Below are positions 12,111-23,700 of a stretch of 64,000 nucleotides of DNA, piece after piece; within the stretch, counting starts at the first letter, position 1; each line of letters starts with the position of its first letter. The DNA is from Heteronotia binoei (Eukaryota). The notes under the pieces are model-generated. The model saw only the letters and a program-made list of their open reading frames with translations, did no database searches and had not been told where the DNA came from. The stretch covers positions 22,444,001 through 22,508,000 of the forward strand of contig NC_083231.1 of NCBI RefSeq assembly GCF_032191835.1, read 5' to 3'. The position numbers were made by a program, and so were the translations under genes.

Positions 12111-13470
12111 TTTTTTATTTATTTATTTGTAATTTATATCCCGCCCTTCCCAGCAAGTGGCTCAGGGCGGCTTACAACATATAAAACTAACATTAAAATA
12201 TAAAATTTAAACATTTCATAAAATGTACATGGATTAAAGTTAAACAATTAAGACAATTCAGGCAATTTACAGATTAGAATTATTAAAACATACAGCAATC
12301 TTATAACACTACGCTCAGTTTCAGATTTCAGTGCCGGTTAGTGAAAAAGCCAGCCGGAAGAGGGCTGTCTTACAGGCCCTGCGGAATTGAACAAGATCCC
12401 GCAGGGCCCTTACCTCCTCCGGCAGCTGGTTCCACCAGATAGGGGCCATTACAGAGAAGGCCCTATCCCTTGTAGATTTCAAGCGGGCTTCCTTTGGCCC
12501 GGGGACAACAAGGAGATTTTGCATTCCCGATCTCAGCACTCTCTGGGGAACATGTGGGGAGAGACAGTCCCTCAGGTAGGCAGGTCGTAGGCCATATAGG
12601 GCTTTAAAGGTAATGACCAGCACCTTGTACCGAACTCGATAAAGTATTGGCGGCCAGTGCAGAGCCCGAAGTCCCGGCTGAATGTGCTCCCATCTCGGGA
12701 GCCCCAGTAACAACCGGGCGGCGGCGTTCTGCACCAACTGCAATTTCCGGATTCGGCACAAGGGCAGCCCCATGTAGAGGGCATTGCAGTAGTCCAACCT
12801 CGAGGTGACTGTTGCATGGATCACTGTTGCTAGGTCGTCACGCTCCACGAAGGGAGCCAGCTGCCTTGCCCGCCTAAAATGGAAAAATGCGGACTTGGCA
12901 GTGGCTGCTATCTGGGCCTCCATCGTTAAGGAAGGCTCCAGTAGTACCCCTAAGCTCTTGACCCTATGCGTCGCAATCAGCGGCGCACCATCAAAAGCTG
13001 GCAGGGGGATTTCCCCTCCCGGACCCCGACGGCCCAAGCAAAGGACCTCTGTCTTCGCCGGGTTTAGCCTCAGCCCGCTCAGCCTGAGCCACCCAGCCAC
13101 GGCTTGTAGTGCCCGGTCCAAATTTTCTGGGGCGGAGACCGGCCAGCTGTCCATAAGCAGATAGAGCTGGGTGTCATCGGCATATTGATGACAACCCAAC
13201 CCGTACCTCCGGGCAATCTGGGCAAGGGGGCGCATATAGATGTTAAATAGCATTGGAGAAAGAACCGCACCCTGGGGCACCCCGCAGTCAAGCATGTGCC
13301 TCCGAGACAGCTCCTCCCCAATAGCGACCCTCTGTCCCCGACCTTCAAGGAAAGAGGAAAGCCATTGCAAGGCCAACCCCTGAATCCCTGCGTCGGCGAG
13401 GCGGCGGGCCAGTAGCCGATGGTCGACTGTATCGAATGCTGCCAATAGGTCCAACAACATCAGCACCGCC
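12111..13470 (-). mobile_element. 5'-truncated L2-clade LINE inserted into the YR gene
   Basis: Uninterrupted 381-aa RT ORF (12321-13466: LDLLAAFDTVDH, GVPQGAVLSP, HQYADDTQLY). 3' tail TTGTAAGCCGCCCTGAGCC plus (AAAT)n. Confidence 0.92.
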
Positions 13471-14349
13471 TTGGGTTCAAAACTCCAAGGCTGCCACTGT
13501 AGAAGCTGCCTCAGTCCGAAGAAAGTGAGTACAAAAACATACCCCAGATAAACCTATCCTGTCTAATGCACGGGACATTACCGCCCAGAATTTATGTTTG
13601 GTCAATGGGGTGTGTCCTGATGGCAAAAGAAAAAACCACTCACAATCCCCCCTCAAACCCATATATTCTGCCAGTGCCAAGACTGAATAACTCCTTCTCG
13701 AAGCAAGCTCCCAAAGAGATAATTGTCCCAGCCCTCCGTTAATCCATTTTGGAACTCCTAACTGTAATGTAAGCTTTGCCACTCACTAAGCGCACATCCC
13801 GCCCTAGCAGTGCTCATCCAGATGTGTCATGGTGAGACTCAGCTACAAGCTCACTTATGTGAAGAACTCCAAAAAAGGCAACCAGAGTTGCTGCATGGAA
13901 CAAACAGGCTTCATAAAGTGAAGAAGAAACCTCCTTCCAGGTGCCATAAAGACCCAAGAACACCGAAGGAGAAATGGGTTGCCTGGTATCAGGGATATGT
14001 AAGGACTCACACATCCAACCCTCCAGGACTTTGCACACTCGAAAATTGCCCATAGAATCTGTAAACTCCCTTGTCTTACCAGTGTGGGCAATCCCCTTTA
14101 ACTGAGTTCACAGCCAAACCTTTACCTTTCAATACAACACAAAAATGCAAGAGCTGGTCCACTGGAACTGGCCATAATTGCTGATACCCTACCTCCTGCT
14201 TAAAAGTCTCAAACTGGCATAATACCTGGTCATAAGCCTTCTTTATATTTGGGGCAATGGAGAGGCCTATTGCCCTGTAAACTTCGGCTTGCCAACCAGC
14301 CAGAGTTCAGGGGGCATCTTGCCGGCTGAAGATCAGCTTCTGTGGCCAA

Positions 14350-15345
14350 CCAACAAAATCTCTCCATCTGTTTATGAAAGAGCGCATTGGCCACCCCATT
14401 ATTAACCCCCAGAACATGCTTAGCCAGATACAGGATATATTAGTGGATAGGTATTTTGTAGCAGCACAACTGAGAGTCATTGTATTATATGCCTCACCTC
14501 TCTCCCACCCTGTGTGGGTCCAAATTGAAAAGGTGAACATACCTAGTCTACATTTGCATGAGTTTATTTGGGCTTCGAGGGCAGACAGAAGGGAGTATTC
14601 AATCTCCAACCCATTTTTAAAATTTAGCCTACAACTCTGGGACCAATGGAGGAACACTATCTCTCCAGCTTCATCTCCCATTATGGCTTTTCTAGGCCAA
14701 TCTTGGTTCCTCCCGGGTAAAGATAAGTCTCAATTTAGAGTTTGGAGAGAGAACAAAATATATAGACTGACTGATATTACCATGAATGGTAAATTATGTT
14801 CTCATGCCCAACTGGAAAACAAATTTAAGACTAATATTCCCTGGTTCCAGTACCTGCAAATACATCATGCATTACACCAAATAGTACCTATTGTGATGCA
14901 TAATCGACCACTAAACCCAGTAGAGAGGTTAATGGATAAGGGCTATACCTCTGTTAAAGGAGTTATATCTATGATTTACTCTCTTTTGAACCAAAAAGCA
15001 TGGGCATGCTCTTCTAATCATCAGAACAACTGGCAAAAAGACTGTTCAATCTCAATTAGTGAAGACCAATGGAAGCATCTGTGGGTATCGTCTTTATTTA
15101 AAACCAAATCACTTTATTTTCAACTCCAAAACTACAAAATATTTGCTCGGTGGTATGTGACACCTCTTAAATTATTTAAGGCAAGAGTGAAAGCTGATCC
15201 TCTGTGCTGGAAGGGGTGTGGGTTGCCAGGGTCATTTATCCACTGTTGGTGGGACTGTCCGAAGATATTCAATTTCTGGAAATCTATCCTGGAAATAATA
15301 ACAATAATATTAGGGGTTAATATTCCATCCAGATACAGGATATTA
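14350..15345 (+). mobile_element. L1 ORF2 C-terminal fragment
   Basis: ORF 14374-15435 includes ARWYVTP..CWKGCGLPGSFIHCWWDCPKIFNFW, the L1 C-terminal CCHC region. Confidence 0.85.
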
Positions 15346-15502
15346 CGCTGCAGGCCAGCAGAAGCGGGAAGCTTCTGTGAGAGCCCTCTCAGCCCCACCT
15401 ACCTCACAGGGTGTCTGTTGGGGGGTGGGAGGTAAAGGAGATTGTTACTGCTCTGAGACTCAGAGTATAGGGTGGGATATAAATCCAATATCATCATTAT
15501 CA
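15346..15502 (+). mobile_element. Squam3 SINE 3' half
   Basis: GTGAGAGCCCTCTCAGCCCCACCTACCTCACAGGGTGTCTGTTG...GGATATAAATCCAATATC. Confidence 0.8.
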
Positions 15503-16050
15503 AGTGTAAAAGCCTGAACTAAAGCCATAACTCTGGCCGATTTGGGTGTAAGGGCATTGACCACCTGAACCACAGCTAAATTGTCACACCAAAAGTAGAC
15601 GGTGTGGTTGGCCAACTCATTGCCCTACATACAAACCACAACAAAGATTGGGAAGAACTCAAAAAAAGTAAGTTCCCTAGAGATGCCATCTGAAGTCCAT
15701 TCTTTGGGCCACTCCTCAGCATACCAATGCCCCCAAAAATAAAGTCCGAACCCCAAAGACCCGGCAGCATCTGACATGATTTGAAGTTCTGCTTCCAGCC
15801 TAAGATAATTTCTCCAAAAAGAGATTCCATTAAACAAGTGCAAAAATTCAAGCCACACCTTCCATTCACCTTGTACCGCTATGGTAATCTGAATCCTATG
15901 TTGAAGTAACCTAATGCCCTTCATGGCTTCACAAAGCCTTCATACAAAGGTGCGCCCAGGGGCCACAACTCTGCTCGCAAAGCTGAGGTGACCTAACAGC
16001 TGCTGAAATGCATTCAACGTAGCCTTCCTTTTATCCATAAACATCTCAAC

Positions 16051-19000
16051 CAGTGGTGGGATTCAAATAAATTAACAACAGGTTCTATGTCCTAATGACC
16101 ATTTTAACTATACCAAAAATATAACGAAAGGTAGTTTAATAATTCATGCATTAAATGCTGCAATAAGAACAGTAAAAGAGGTAAAGACAACTAGATTATG
16201 TTTAAAGAAAGATTTATAATATTAAATACCTGACAGTTATTGAAGATATTTCCTTATTGCTGTTTGATTGGCATCCTCACTTGCAATTTTCTTTGCTTTT
16301 ATCCGAGCATCATCAGCTGTGTGATTTACCCTTAACCATCTTTGCACTGTAGGAGTAGGATTCCATTCCTTTAGCGGTAGGCCGATTAGACTGATAATCA
16401 TTATGTTTGATATATTGGAAACAGTTAGCCGACTTCTCTTCTCAGAACATATAATGTTCATCTTTGAAAACCCCCTTTCTGCTTCTGCTGAATTTACAGC
16501 AATTGTTCTGACAATATTTTTAGCTCTTTGAACACTTTCAGGAATTGAATAGTTCTGGTAGTTTTTAAAAACATTTTCCACAAAATCTCGATACTCATTA
16601 ATATCAATTTGGTAATTGAAAAAATGTATTAAATACATGCAATTGCTCTTCAGCTGCTTTCCATGGAAATATTACTTCAATATTCCAGAAATCTGGCTCC
16701 AAAAAAGTGAGAAATTGTAATGTATTACTATCAGCAAATTGGCTACAACTTGCTTTTAAATGTCCACAATCCATTAATCTTTTTTTCAAATTTGTTACAA
16801 TGCCTTCTAAAAGTGTTTCCCGAGGAATGCCAACAAATTGATGATTTTCTACAAAATCTATATTTTTGTAGCTTTCTGAAGTAATTAATTCATTAACTTT
16901 TTTTTCATATGGACCCTTTTCTTTTTCAAGCATTTCAAATGCTTTAATAGATCGTATCACAAGTTTTTCAGCCTTTATTATGTCTGTATTTCTTGCTTGC
17001 AGTGCATTGGAAAGCAGAGAAATTTCGTTTAAAATATCAATCATCAATGCCAAATCAGTAAGAAAAAAAATATTTTTAAGATGGGTAGCTATACCCAAGT
17101 ACTTTGCATTTGAAGAAAAATAGTAATGTAGCGCAGGATAAGTGCGCCACACAGCTAGGGTTGACCTTAAACTACAGGCAGCCCATCTTGGTCTCAAAAC
17201 TCTACCAATCTTTATAATTTCAATTCCAAGTTGTTCGGATATTTTGGTAAATTCAATCTGGTTCTTATTGGATTGATGAAAAATATTATATATCTTATCA
17301 AGGAATATTTTGAAATGATTTACTTGCTTTATTTCCTTTATTGAGTCATCTAAAACAAGTTGGAGGCAATGGTTTAAACAGTGCCATATTATTATGTTTG
17401 GAAAGTCTTTTGTTATCCTAGTGCTCACTCCAGATTTTCTCCCAAGCATAACACTTGCACCATCAGAGCAAAATCCTATTAAATTTTTTTTTAGGTAGTT
17501 CTTAGTAAGCCCAACTTTATGTAAACTTTCCATAACTGAAAAACATATTGTCTCTGCATCTTGTTTTTCCAATTCAACTAGCTCAACAAAAATTGTTGGA
17601 GATGAAACTGAGTCCTCAACTTTTAAGAAAAGTATAGTAACTGGTTTGCAAGATATCGTTGAAGCTTCGTCAATAATCAAACATATTTTCTTATCATTTT
17701 CAGTAATTTTAGAAAATATTTCTTTAATTTCCTTTGCAATAGTCAACTATTTTCACAGCAGTTTTACATGAATGCAATCCTATTCCCATATCTAATCCAT
17801 TTTTCATTTGCAGTTCAATCTCATCTTCTATGTCTGAAAATGGTTTACACCTTTTTGACAGGCTATAAACTGTATTAAATACTCTACAAGTAGCACTGAA
17901 ATATTTTTTATTCATTGTATCTACTACGTTTGTTATAGTATCCTGCTCACGTATTTTGAAGTTGTCTTTACAAATGTTATGAGCCTTTGATGAAAAATGA
18001 TCTTTCATTTTTTTCCTTAGAGAAGCTTGTTGTACCACTCTGTTTTTTCCTTATGGCTCAATCTGAAAACCTTTCCACTCTTTTGACGCATGAACACTTT
18101 TCTCTTTTATGAAATCATATTTTGCACAATACTCACAACCTAACTTTTTGTTAGAAATTCCCAGTCCTTCATATTTTTCTTTAAAATTTTTATATTGTTG
18201 CACTGACTAGCATTCAGGAAGACTATTTACAAAATTGGATTTGTTATTTTCTATTTCAATTGACGTGCTGCTTTCTTCAGACTGGATTGGTTGTGCTAGT
18301 GACTGTGTTGAACCTTCCAAGGCCAATTCTGATACAACAGAAGAATCTGGCTTTGTTTTCTTATTGAAAAAATCTGTCAAACTGTGTTGCCTTTTCATCC
18401 TTAGTTTCAAGGGCTACGTAAAAAAAAATCTTTTAAAATATAATAATGACATTTACTTACATGTTCATACTGCGCCATTTTGATGCCCCCCTCCCTCCTC
18501 CACCACTGCAGGCTAATTATGGCTCCTCTCCTCTCTGGCCTGCCCAGCAACTGAGTCCAGCCATACTGGCTCCTCTGAGTCATCTCTCAGTCTCTCCCCA
18601 ACAACTGCCTGGCAGCCCCTGAGCTACTCATCCTCGGCAAGCTAGCAGCAGCCTTCCTCCCCACATAACTGCGCCATTTTGATGCCCCTGGCGGGCCCGC
18701 CCAGCCCCTCACTTGCCACATTAAACACTGCAGTGACAGGCTCAGCACAGCAGCATAACTCACCCAGATGCCGACGGTCGGTGACCCAGTACTGTCCGTA
18801 CTCCTGTCGCTGCCGTGTGATGGCTGATGGTGGCTCTGTGGCCTCCGCCTCTGAGTCCTCTCTCCTCTGCACAGACGTTCAGAACATGTGTGCAGGAGGA
18901 GCCAATCCTTGCCAACAACAAGGGAGTCAAGGTGGGGCTTACACAGGCTGACTGACAGCTGGCCAGCCCTGCAGAGCCCAGCATAGCAGAGCCAGGCAGG

Positions 19001-19176
19001 CAGGCAGCCATTATATTAATTTATAATCATTGTCCAGGCCAGGGCAAGCTGCGGTGGACAAAAAAGTAATAAAAATTAACAGCAGGCGCCTGGCCAACAA
19101 ACGGTTCTGCCGAACCGATAGCACATTAGCTATCAGTTTGGCAGAACCGGTGCGGACCGGCTGAATCCCACCACTG
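16051..19176 (-). mobile_element. Full-length hAT transposon (Tip100/ZNF862/KIAA1586-like transposase)
   Basis: 15-bp perfect TIR CAGTGGTGGGATTCA. Perfect 8-bp TSD ATCTCAAC. Transposase pieces at 18410-18207, 18038-17724, 17746-16604 (IIDEAS, CSDGASVMLG, WHCLNHCLQL) and 16638-16237 (AEAERGFSKM). One stop and two frameshifts. Confidence 0.95.
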
Positions 19177-19954
19177 ATCTCAACCCAACTACATAAACCA
19201 TGAAGCTTAGCTTGAAGAAGATGCAATGTCTGAGCAATTGTGTCCAGCTCAATCTTTTTTTCATGTGCTAAAGGAACCCCAAGCTCAGCAGTCATCTGTA
19301 CAGATGCAGATAACAAACAAGCATACTGTCCAGTGCCTTCCTGGCCCACGAACAAAAAGTTGTCTAAATAATGAACCACGCTCTGCAAGCCTGTGCATGA
19401 GCAAAGGGCCCATTCAAGAAGTGAGCTGAAGTGCTCAAAAACTACACATGGAATGGAACAGCCCATAAGTAACGCCCTATCCATGTAGTATTGACTATCA
19501 AACAAACCCCCCAATAATTCAAAATAAGGGGCGTTCATGCCTATACTGGCATGACTTTCTACTGCATGCCCCTTGAGACCCAAATTCCCAGCAGAGCTGG
19601 CGGGATTGAACCACTTGCTCCGCAGAACTGCAGGAGGTTGAAGTGGAGGCAGCAGACGATTTGTGTACTAAATGCCCACTATGGAATCTGTCACCCAGAT
19701 TTGGCCTAACCAGTGACATTACTTGAAGCCATAATTGCAGGTGGATCTGGTCCCATGGCAAAGAAGGGTTCATGGCTGCACGCATGCGAAACTGTTTGTC
19801 ATATTGAAGCCATGTAGGATCATTGAAACCTGTGAACCCTATCAAGGTACTGTCATAATGAAGCCCCTTGCAATGGATGTGCTTTAGTTATAATCCCTGC
19901 ATAAATGATGAAACAAGACACCCAATTGGCCCATGTCCTACCCACCTTCATATA

Positions 19955-20359
19955 ATTCACTTCAGTGATATCTGGTTCCCCATTATAGCAGTTGGTATTA
20001 ATTTAAAAGGATTCAAATTAGGTTGCACAGTTGTATTCTTCTTAGCATTTTTCATCTCTGCTTTGAGAGGAAGAACGATGTTTATTTTGCTGGCCATTCA
20101 GGTGAACGGAATCTAGAGCCAGATCTTGATCAGCTGGCACTGTGTCTTGATGGAAACCTGAGGAAGAGCTGCTTTTCCTAAACTGAAAGGAAGACAACGA
20201 CCTCATGTCATTTTCTTTCAGCTGAAGCTCAGTTCCATCTTTGTATTTTACCGTGTAAAGATGAGTACGGTTGTCATAGTTAGCCACTTGTAGTTCATAA
20301 AAAAGAACACTTTCTGGCCACTAGTCTATTACAATTTCTTCATCAGCAAACTTCCTCGG
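19955..20359 (-). pseudogene. LBR: Intronless lamin B receptor N-terminal fragment (Tudor + RS region)
   Basis: [72 protein letters not shown] matches the LBR N-terminus. It runs without introns across the positions where I recall LBR introns lie. Stops and frameshifts are present. Confidence 0.9.
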
Positions 20360-20360
20360 T

Positions 20361-22756
20361 TTTTTTTAAACAAATAAACAACTTTTATTGATTTCTCAAA
20401 ACAGTACATATAGCAAGATAGACTCAGCAATTAACAGCAATTAAATTACTACAACGTACAAGATGAATTAAAAGAAGTTCTAGTTACAAGATATATAAGC
20501 CTATAAATTACAAATGGTTCAAATGAAGCGGGATGTGGATCGCAAGGTATGACTAGTATGACTTCATCTACTGAAAGTTGAATTTAGATCTGATTTGGCT
20601 TTGTGTGTGTGGTGATAATTTGATTGGGTATAGTGTGGATTTGCCTGGGTTAACAAGTAAACCTGATAATTCACCAATGAATTACTTCTTCAAGGGAAGC
20701 TAAAGGGTTAGATAAATAAAGTACAAGATCGTTAGCAAACAGACTGATTTTGTAGTCAATATCCCGAATGAGTATTCCTTGGACCTTGTCAGTATGGCGA
20801 ATCATGTTGGCTAAGGGCTCTATGACTAAAGCGAAAAGCAAAGGGGAGCATGGGCAGCCTTGACGGGGTCCCCAGCTCAAAAAGAAGGGTGAGGAATCCA
20901 TAAAATTGATGTATAAAATAGCTGGAGAGGAGTACATGGCATTAATTGTTGCAATAAATTTAGGACCAAAATCCATTTCATTTAGGACAGCCTCTAGAAA
21001 CAAAGGTTCAACGCTGTCGAAATCTTTCTCTATATCAAGACTTAGTATACAGGACTCGAAAAGTTGGTGATGGCAAAACTGTATAACGTTAAGTGCTTTC
21101 CCGGTATTGTTGGTGATGTCCCTGTGAGGGATAAAGCTGGTCTGGTTAATGTGAATGTACTTGTCATTAAAAAGGTTTAATGTGGCCGTAAGAATTGAAG
21201 TAAAGATTTTGTAATCCTTATTTACTAGGGATATTGGATGGTAAGACTTGGTGTTCAGAAGGTTTCTGTCCCTTTTGGGAATTAATATTATTTTTGCTTG
21301 TTTCCAGGAATCAGGCAGATTGCCCGAATCCAAAATCTGATTATAAATATTTGTAAGGTGAGGTGTTAGGGTAGTAGCAAACCATTTATACAATTCTGAA
21401 GGCAGATCTCTGTCTCTCCGTGTTGTCTTATTCATTTTAGAGCCAGCTATGGCCTCTGAAACTTCCTGGGTGGAGATAGGAGAGTCTAGTAGTTGTTTGT
21501 AAATTGTGTCTATTTCCCCCACTAAATTATTGTCACAAAGAAATTGCTGAATTTTAGATGAGTCAGGATTATTGGAAGAATAGAAGTGTTGGTAGAATGT
21601 TTCTTGTGCACTGTCATGACCCAGATAGGGGTGCCACCTGATGCTGCCACCACTCTGGATTTATGGTCCCTTGGGAAGGCCCAGAGTAACCTCCCAAGCT
21701 CAACCAAAAATGCCCCTTTTAGCCAAGAAACACAGGCATGATGACCAGGCAGAGAACATTAAAAAGATAAAGCTTTATTAATAAAGGGATAGGTATTTAA
21801 ACAAGGCAAGGTGCTTAATAGATATAACAGTGGATAAAGGAAAAAGAGAATAAACCCTAATGTGGCTACCTGTACTTCCCCTAGCCTGTTAGGCGTCAGG
21901 GCCCACAGCCCTTTTCCCCAGGCCGACTGCCTGTGACTCACTCTATCTTCTGAATGAGGAATCCTTCTCTCAGACACAGACTGTCCTCCCAGCCTGACTC
22001 TGTGAGAGAAAAGAACACTGTTCCACAGCCCACACAGTTTATGTAGCAATTCCCTCACGCAATCCCTGGACACTGATTGGTTACAGTGGGTGCCAAACAT
22101 TGTGGGGATTGTAGGCTGTGTCTGCTTTCTACTCCCACACTGGTCTTTAGGTTCAGGCCTCTCTAGGCTTTGTCTCTCACGCACCGTTGAGGCTTCTAGT
22201 AGATCTATTTTTTTTCTTTCAAGTAACAGTTTTTGATAAATGTTATTAGAACCAGTTTGTGCTTGGCTTCAAGAATACATATATTGTGGAGGATATCTTG
22301 TCTGACCTGTTGGTTACTCTTTTTATACAGTTGGATCCTTATGCGGTCAGCAATATACATTTTCCTCGTATTACCACTTTCATAGCATCCCAAAGAATTT
22401 CAGGTGCCACCCCACAGGAGGAGTTAACTTCGAAGAAGTTTTGAATTTCTGTGTCAGTCTCCTGGCAAATTCTTTGGTTAAATAAAATGGATTTGTTCAG
22501 AGACCATATTCTTGTTTGGTGGGGTTGCATGGCTGGGTTTAGGTGACATTCAATCCAGGCATGGTCAGAGAGTGTTCAAAGACCGAAGTCTATGTGCTTG
22601 ATGCATGGAATGAGTTAGAGATCAGAAAAAAAATCTATATGTGTAAAAATGTTATACCTAGGTGAATAATACGTGAAGTCTTTAGAACCTAGGTTTTGTA
22701 GTCTCCAGATATCACAAAGCTTCAAATGAGAAGTGCCTGGAGTTTTGATGTCTGGG
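20361..22756 (-). mobile_element. Degenerate L1 (EN C-half, RT, internal deletion, 3' UTR with polyA)
   Basis: LCDIWRL..SDHAWIEC, then ORF 21522-20671 (HPISLVNKDYKIF, LDIEKDFD, GPRQGCPCSP, LFANDLV). AATAAA and an A8 tail at 20361-20390. Confidence 0.85.
21612..22179 (-). mobile_element. Solo LTR inserted in L1
   Basis: TG...CA termini. Flanks TGCAC/CGCAC (5-bp TSD, CpG-type mismatch). AATAAA on the minus strand. L1 ORF2 is colinear on both sides. Confidence 0.75.
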
Positions 22757-23700
22757 CACATTTTCTTTTTTTCACAAACATTTTTATTTATTTATATTTG
22801 ACATTTATATTCAACGCTTTTGTACAGGAAATGACAAAGATATAGTAGAGAAAAGTAAAGGTACATTCTCAACAACCACTCTTTGAGTAATTACTTCACA
22901 CACACATACTCAAAAAAAATTAAGTAAATTAAAAAAGTTTTGGGAAGGAAACAATCATGAAAGGATAATTTTATGAATCATCCGTTGGTTAATTGAAGAG
23001 GAAAAGGTGATGTCCGCATCTATCCTATCCAGAATTGGATACCACTTTGCATAAAAATTTTTGGCTGCCTTTACCGGGTCTAAAATGTCAATGTCAGTGG
23101 TGATTTTCTCCATCATGATGAAATCCCAAATTTTAAGGATCCAACTGTCTATAGACAGATTAAGTGAAGATTTCCAATTCTGGGCAATTACATTTTTGGC
23201 TGCTGTTATGAGCGAGATAATAAGCGATAATTTGGAAACCGAAGCCTTAACAGATTGCCAGTTATTTCAAATACTGATATCCACTTGACGTGGAATGATA
23301 ATGCCGGATAAGATTTCCACTTGGGTTATAACCTTTTGCCAAAAAGAATTAACAATTGGGCAATCCCACCAACAGTGAGCTGGAGAGGCCTTCCTGCCAC
23401 AATTACGCCAACAAAGAGAATTACTAGGGTCAATGCTAGCAAAATGAATAGGGGTGCAATACCATCTTGACATTGTTTTGAAATTTTGTTGAAACGTGGC
23501 TATTGATTTGGTCCTACAAGCTTCTGAATCCCATATGGACTCCCATTGTGCAGTTGTGAGTGTGACCTTGCTATCTTGGTGCCATTTATCACAGTAAGAG
23601 GGTAAGGACTTACAGACCTGCTGTAGAAGGATACGATAGATTTTAGAAATGAGATCCTTGGATTTTAAAGAAGAGTCGGAAACTCAAGAAGACTACTAGG
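22757..23700 (-). mobile_element. 5'-truncated L1 3' end
   Basis: SRWYCTP..CWRNCGRKASPAHCWWDCPIVNSFW, then 3' UTR and an A-rich tail at ~22760. Confidence 0.85.

Larger units (their letters stand above)
12070..19945 (-). mobile_element. Degenerate Ngaro-like DIRS-order tyrosine-recombinase retroelement (gag-RT-RNaseH-YR), split by three insertions
   Basis: gag RTWANW..YAGII..WLQYDKQFRMRAA plus a CX8CX4CX3H finger (19945-19520). RT MGCS..VVHYLDNFLF (19500-19180). RNaseH SDAAGSLGFG..WPKEW..CDNLAVVQVVN (16050-15510). YR FFGVLHISEL..HFLRTEAASTVAA (14270-13471), continuing as DIQRLGRWCSSAYK (12110-12070) beyond the L2. Confidence 0.85.

Noticed and set aside
19946-19950. Splice donor (AAG|GTGGGT) ending the LBR fragment
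   Set aside because: The following sequence translates as the Ngaro gag motif VGRTWANW, so it is element DNA, not an intron.
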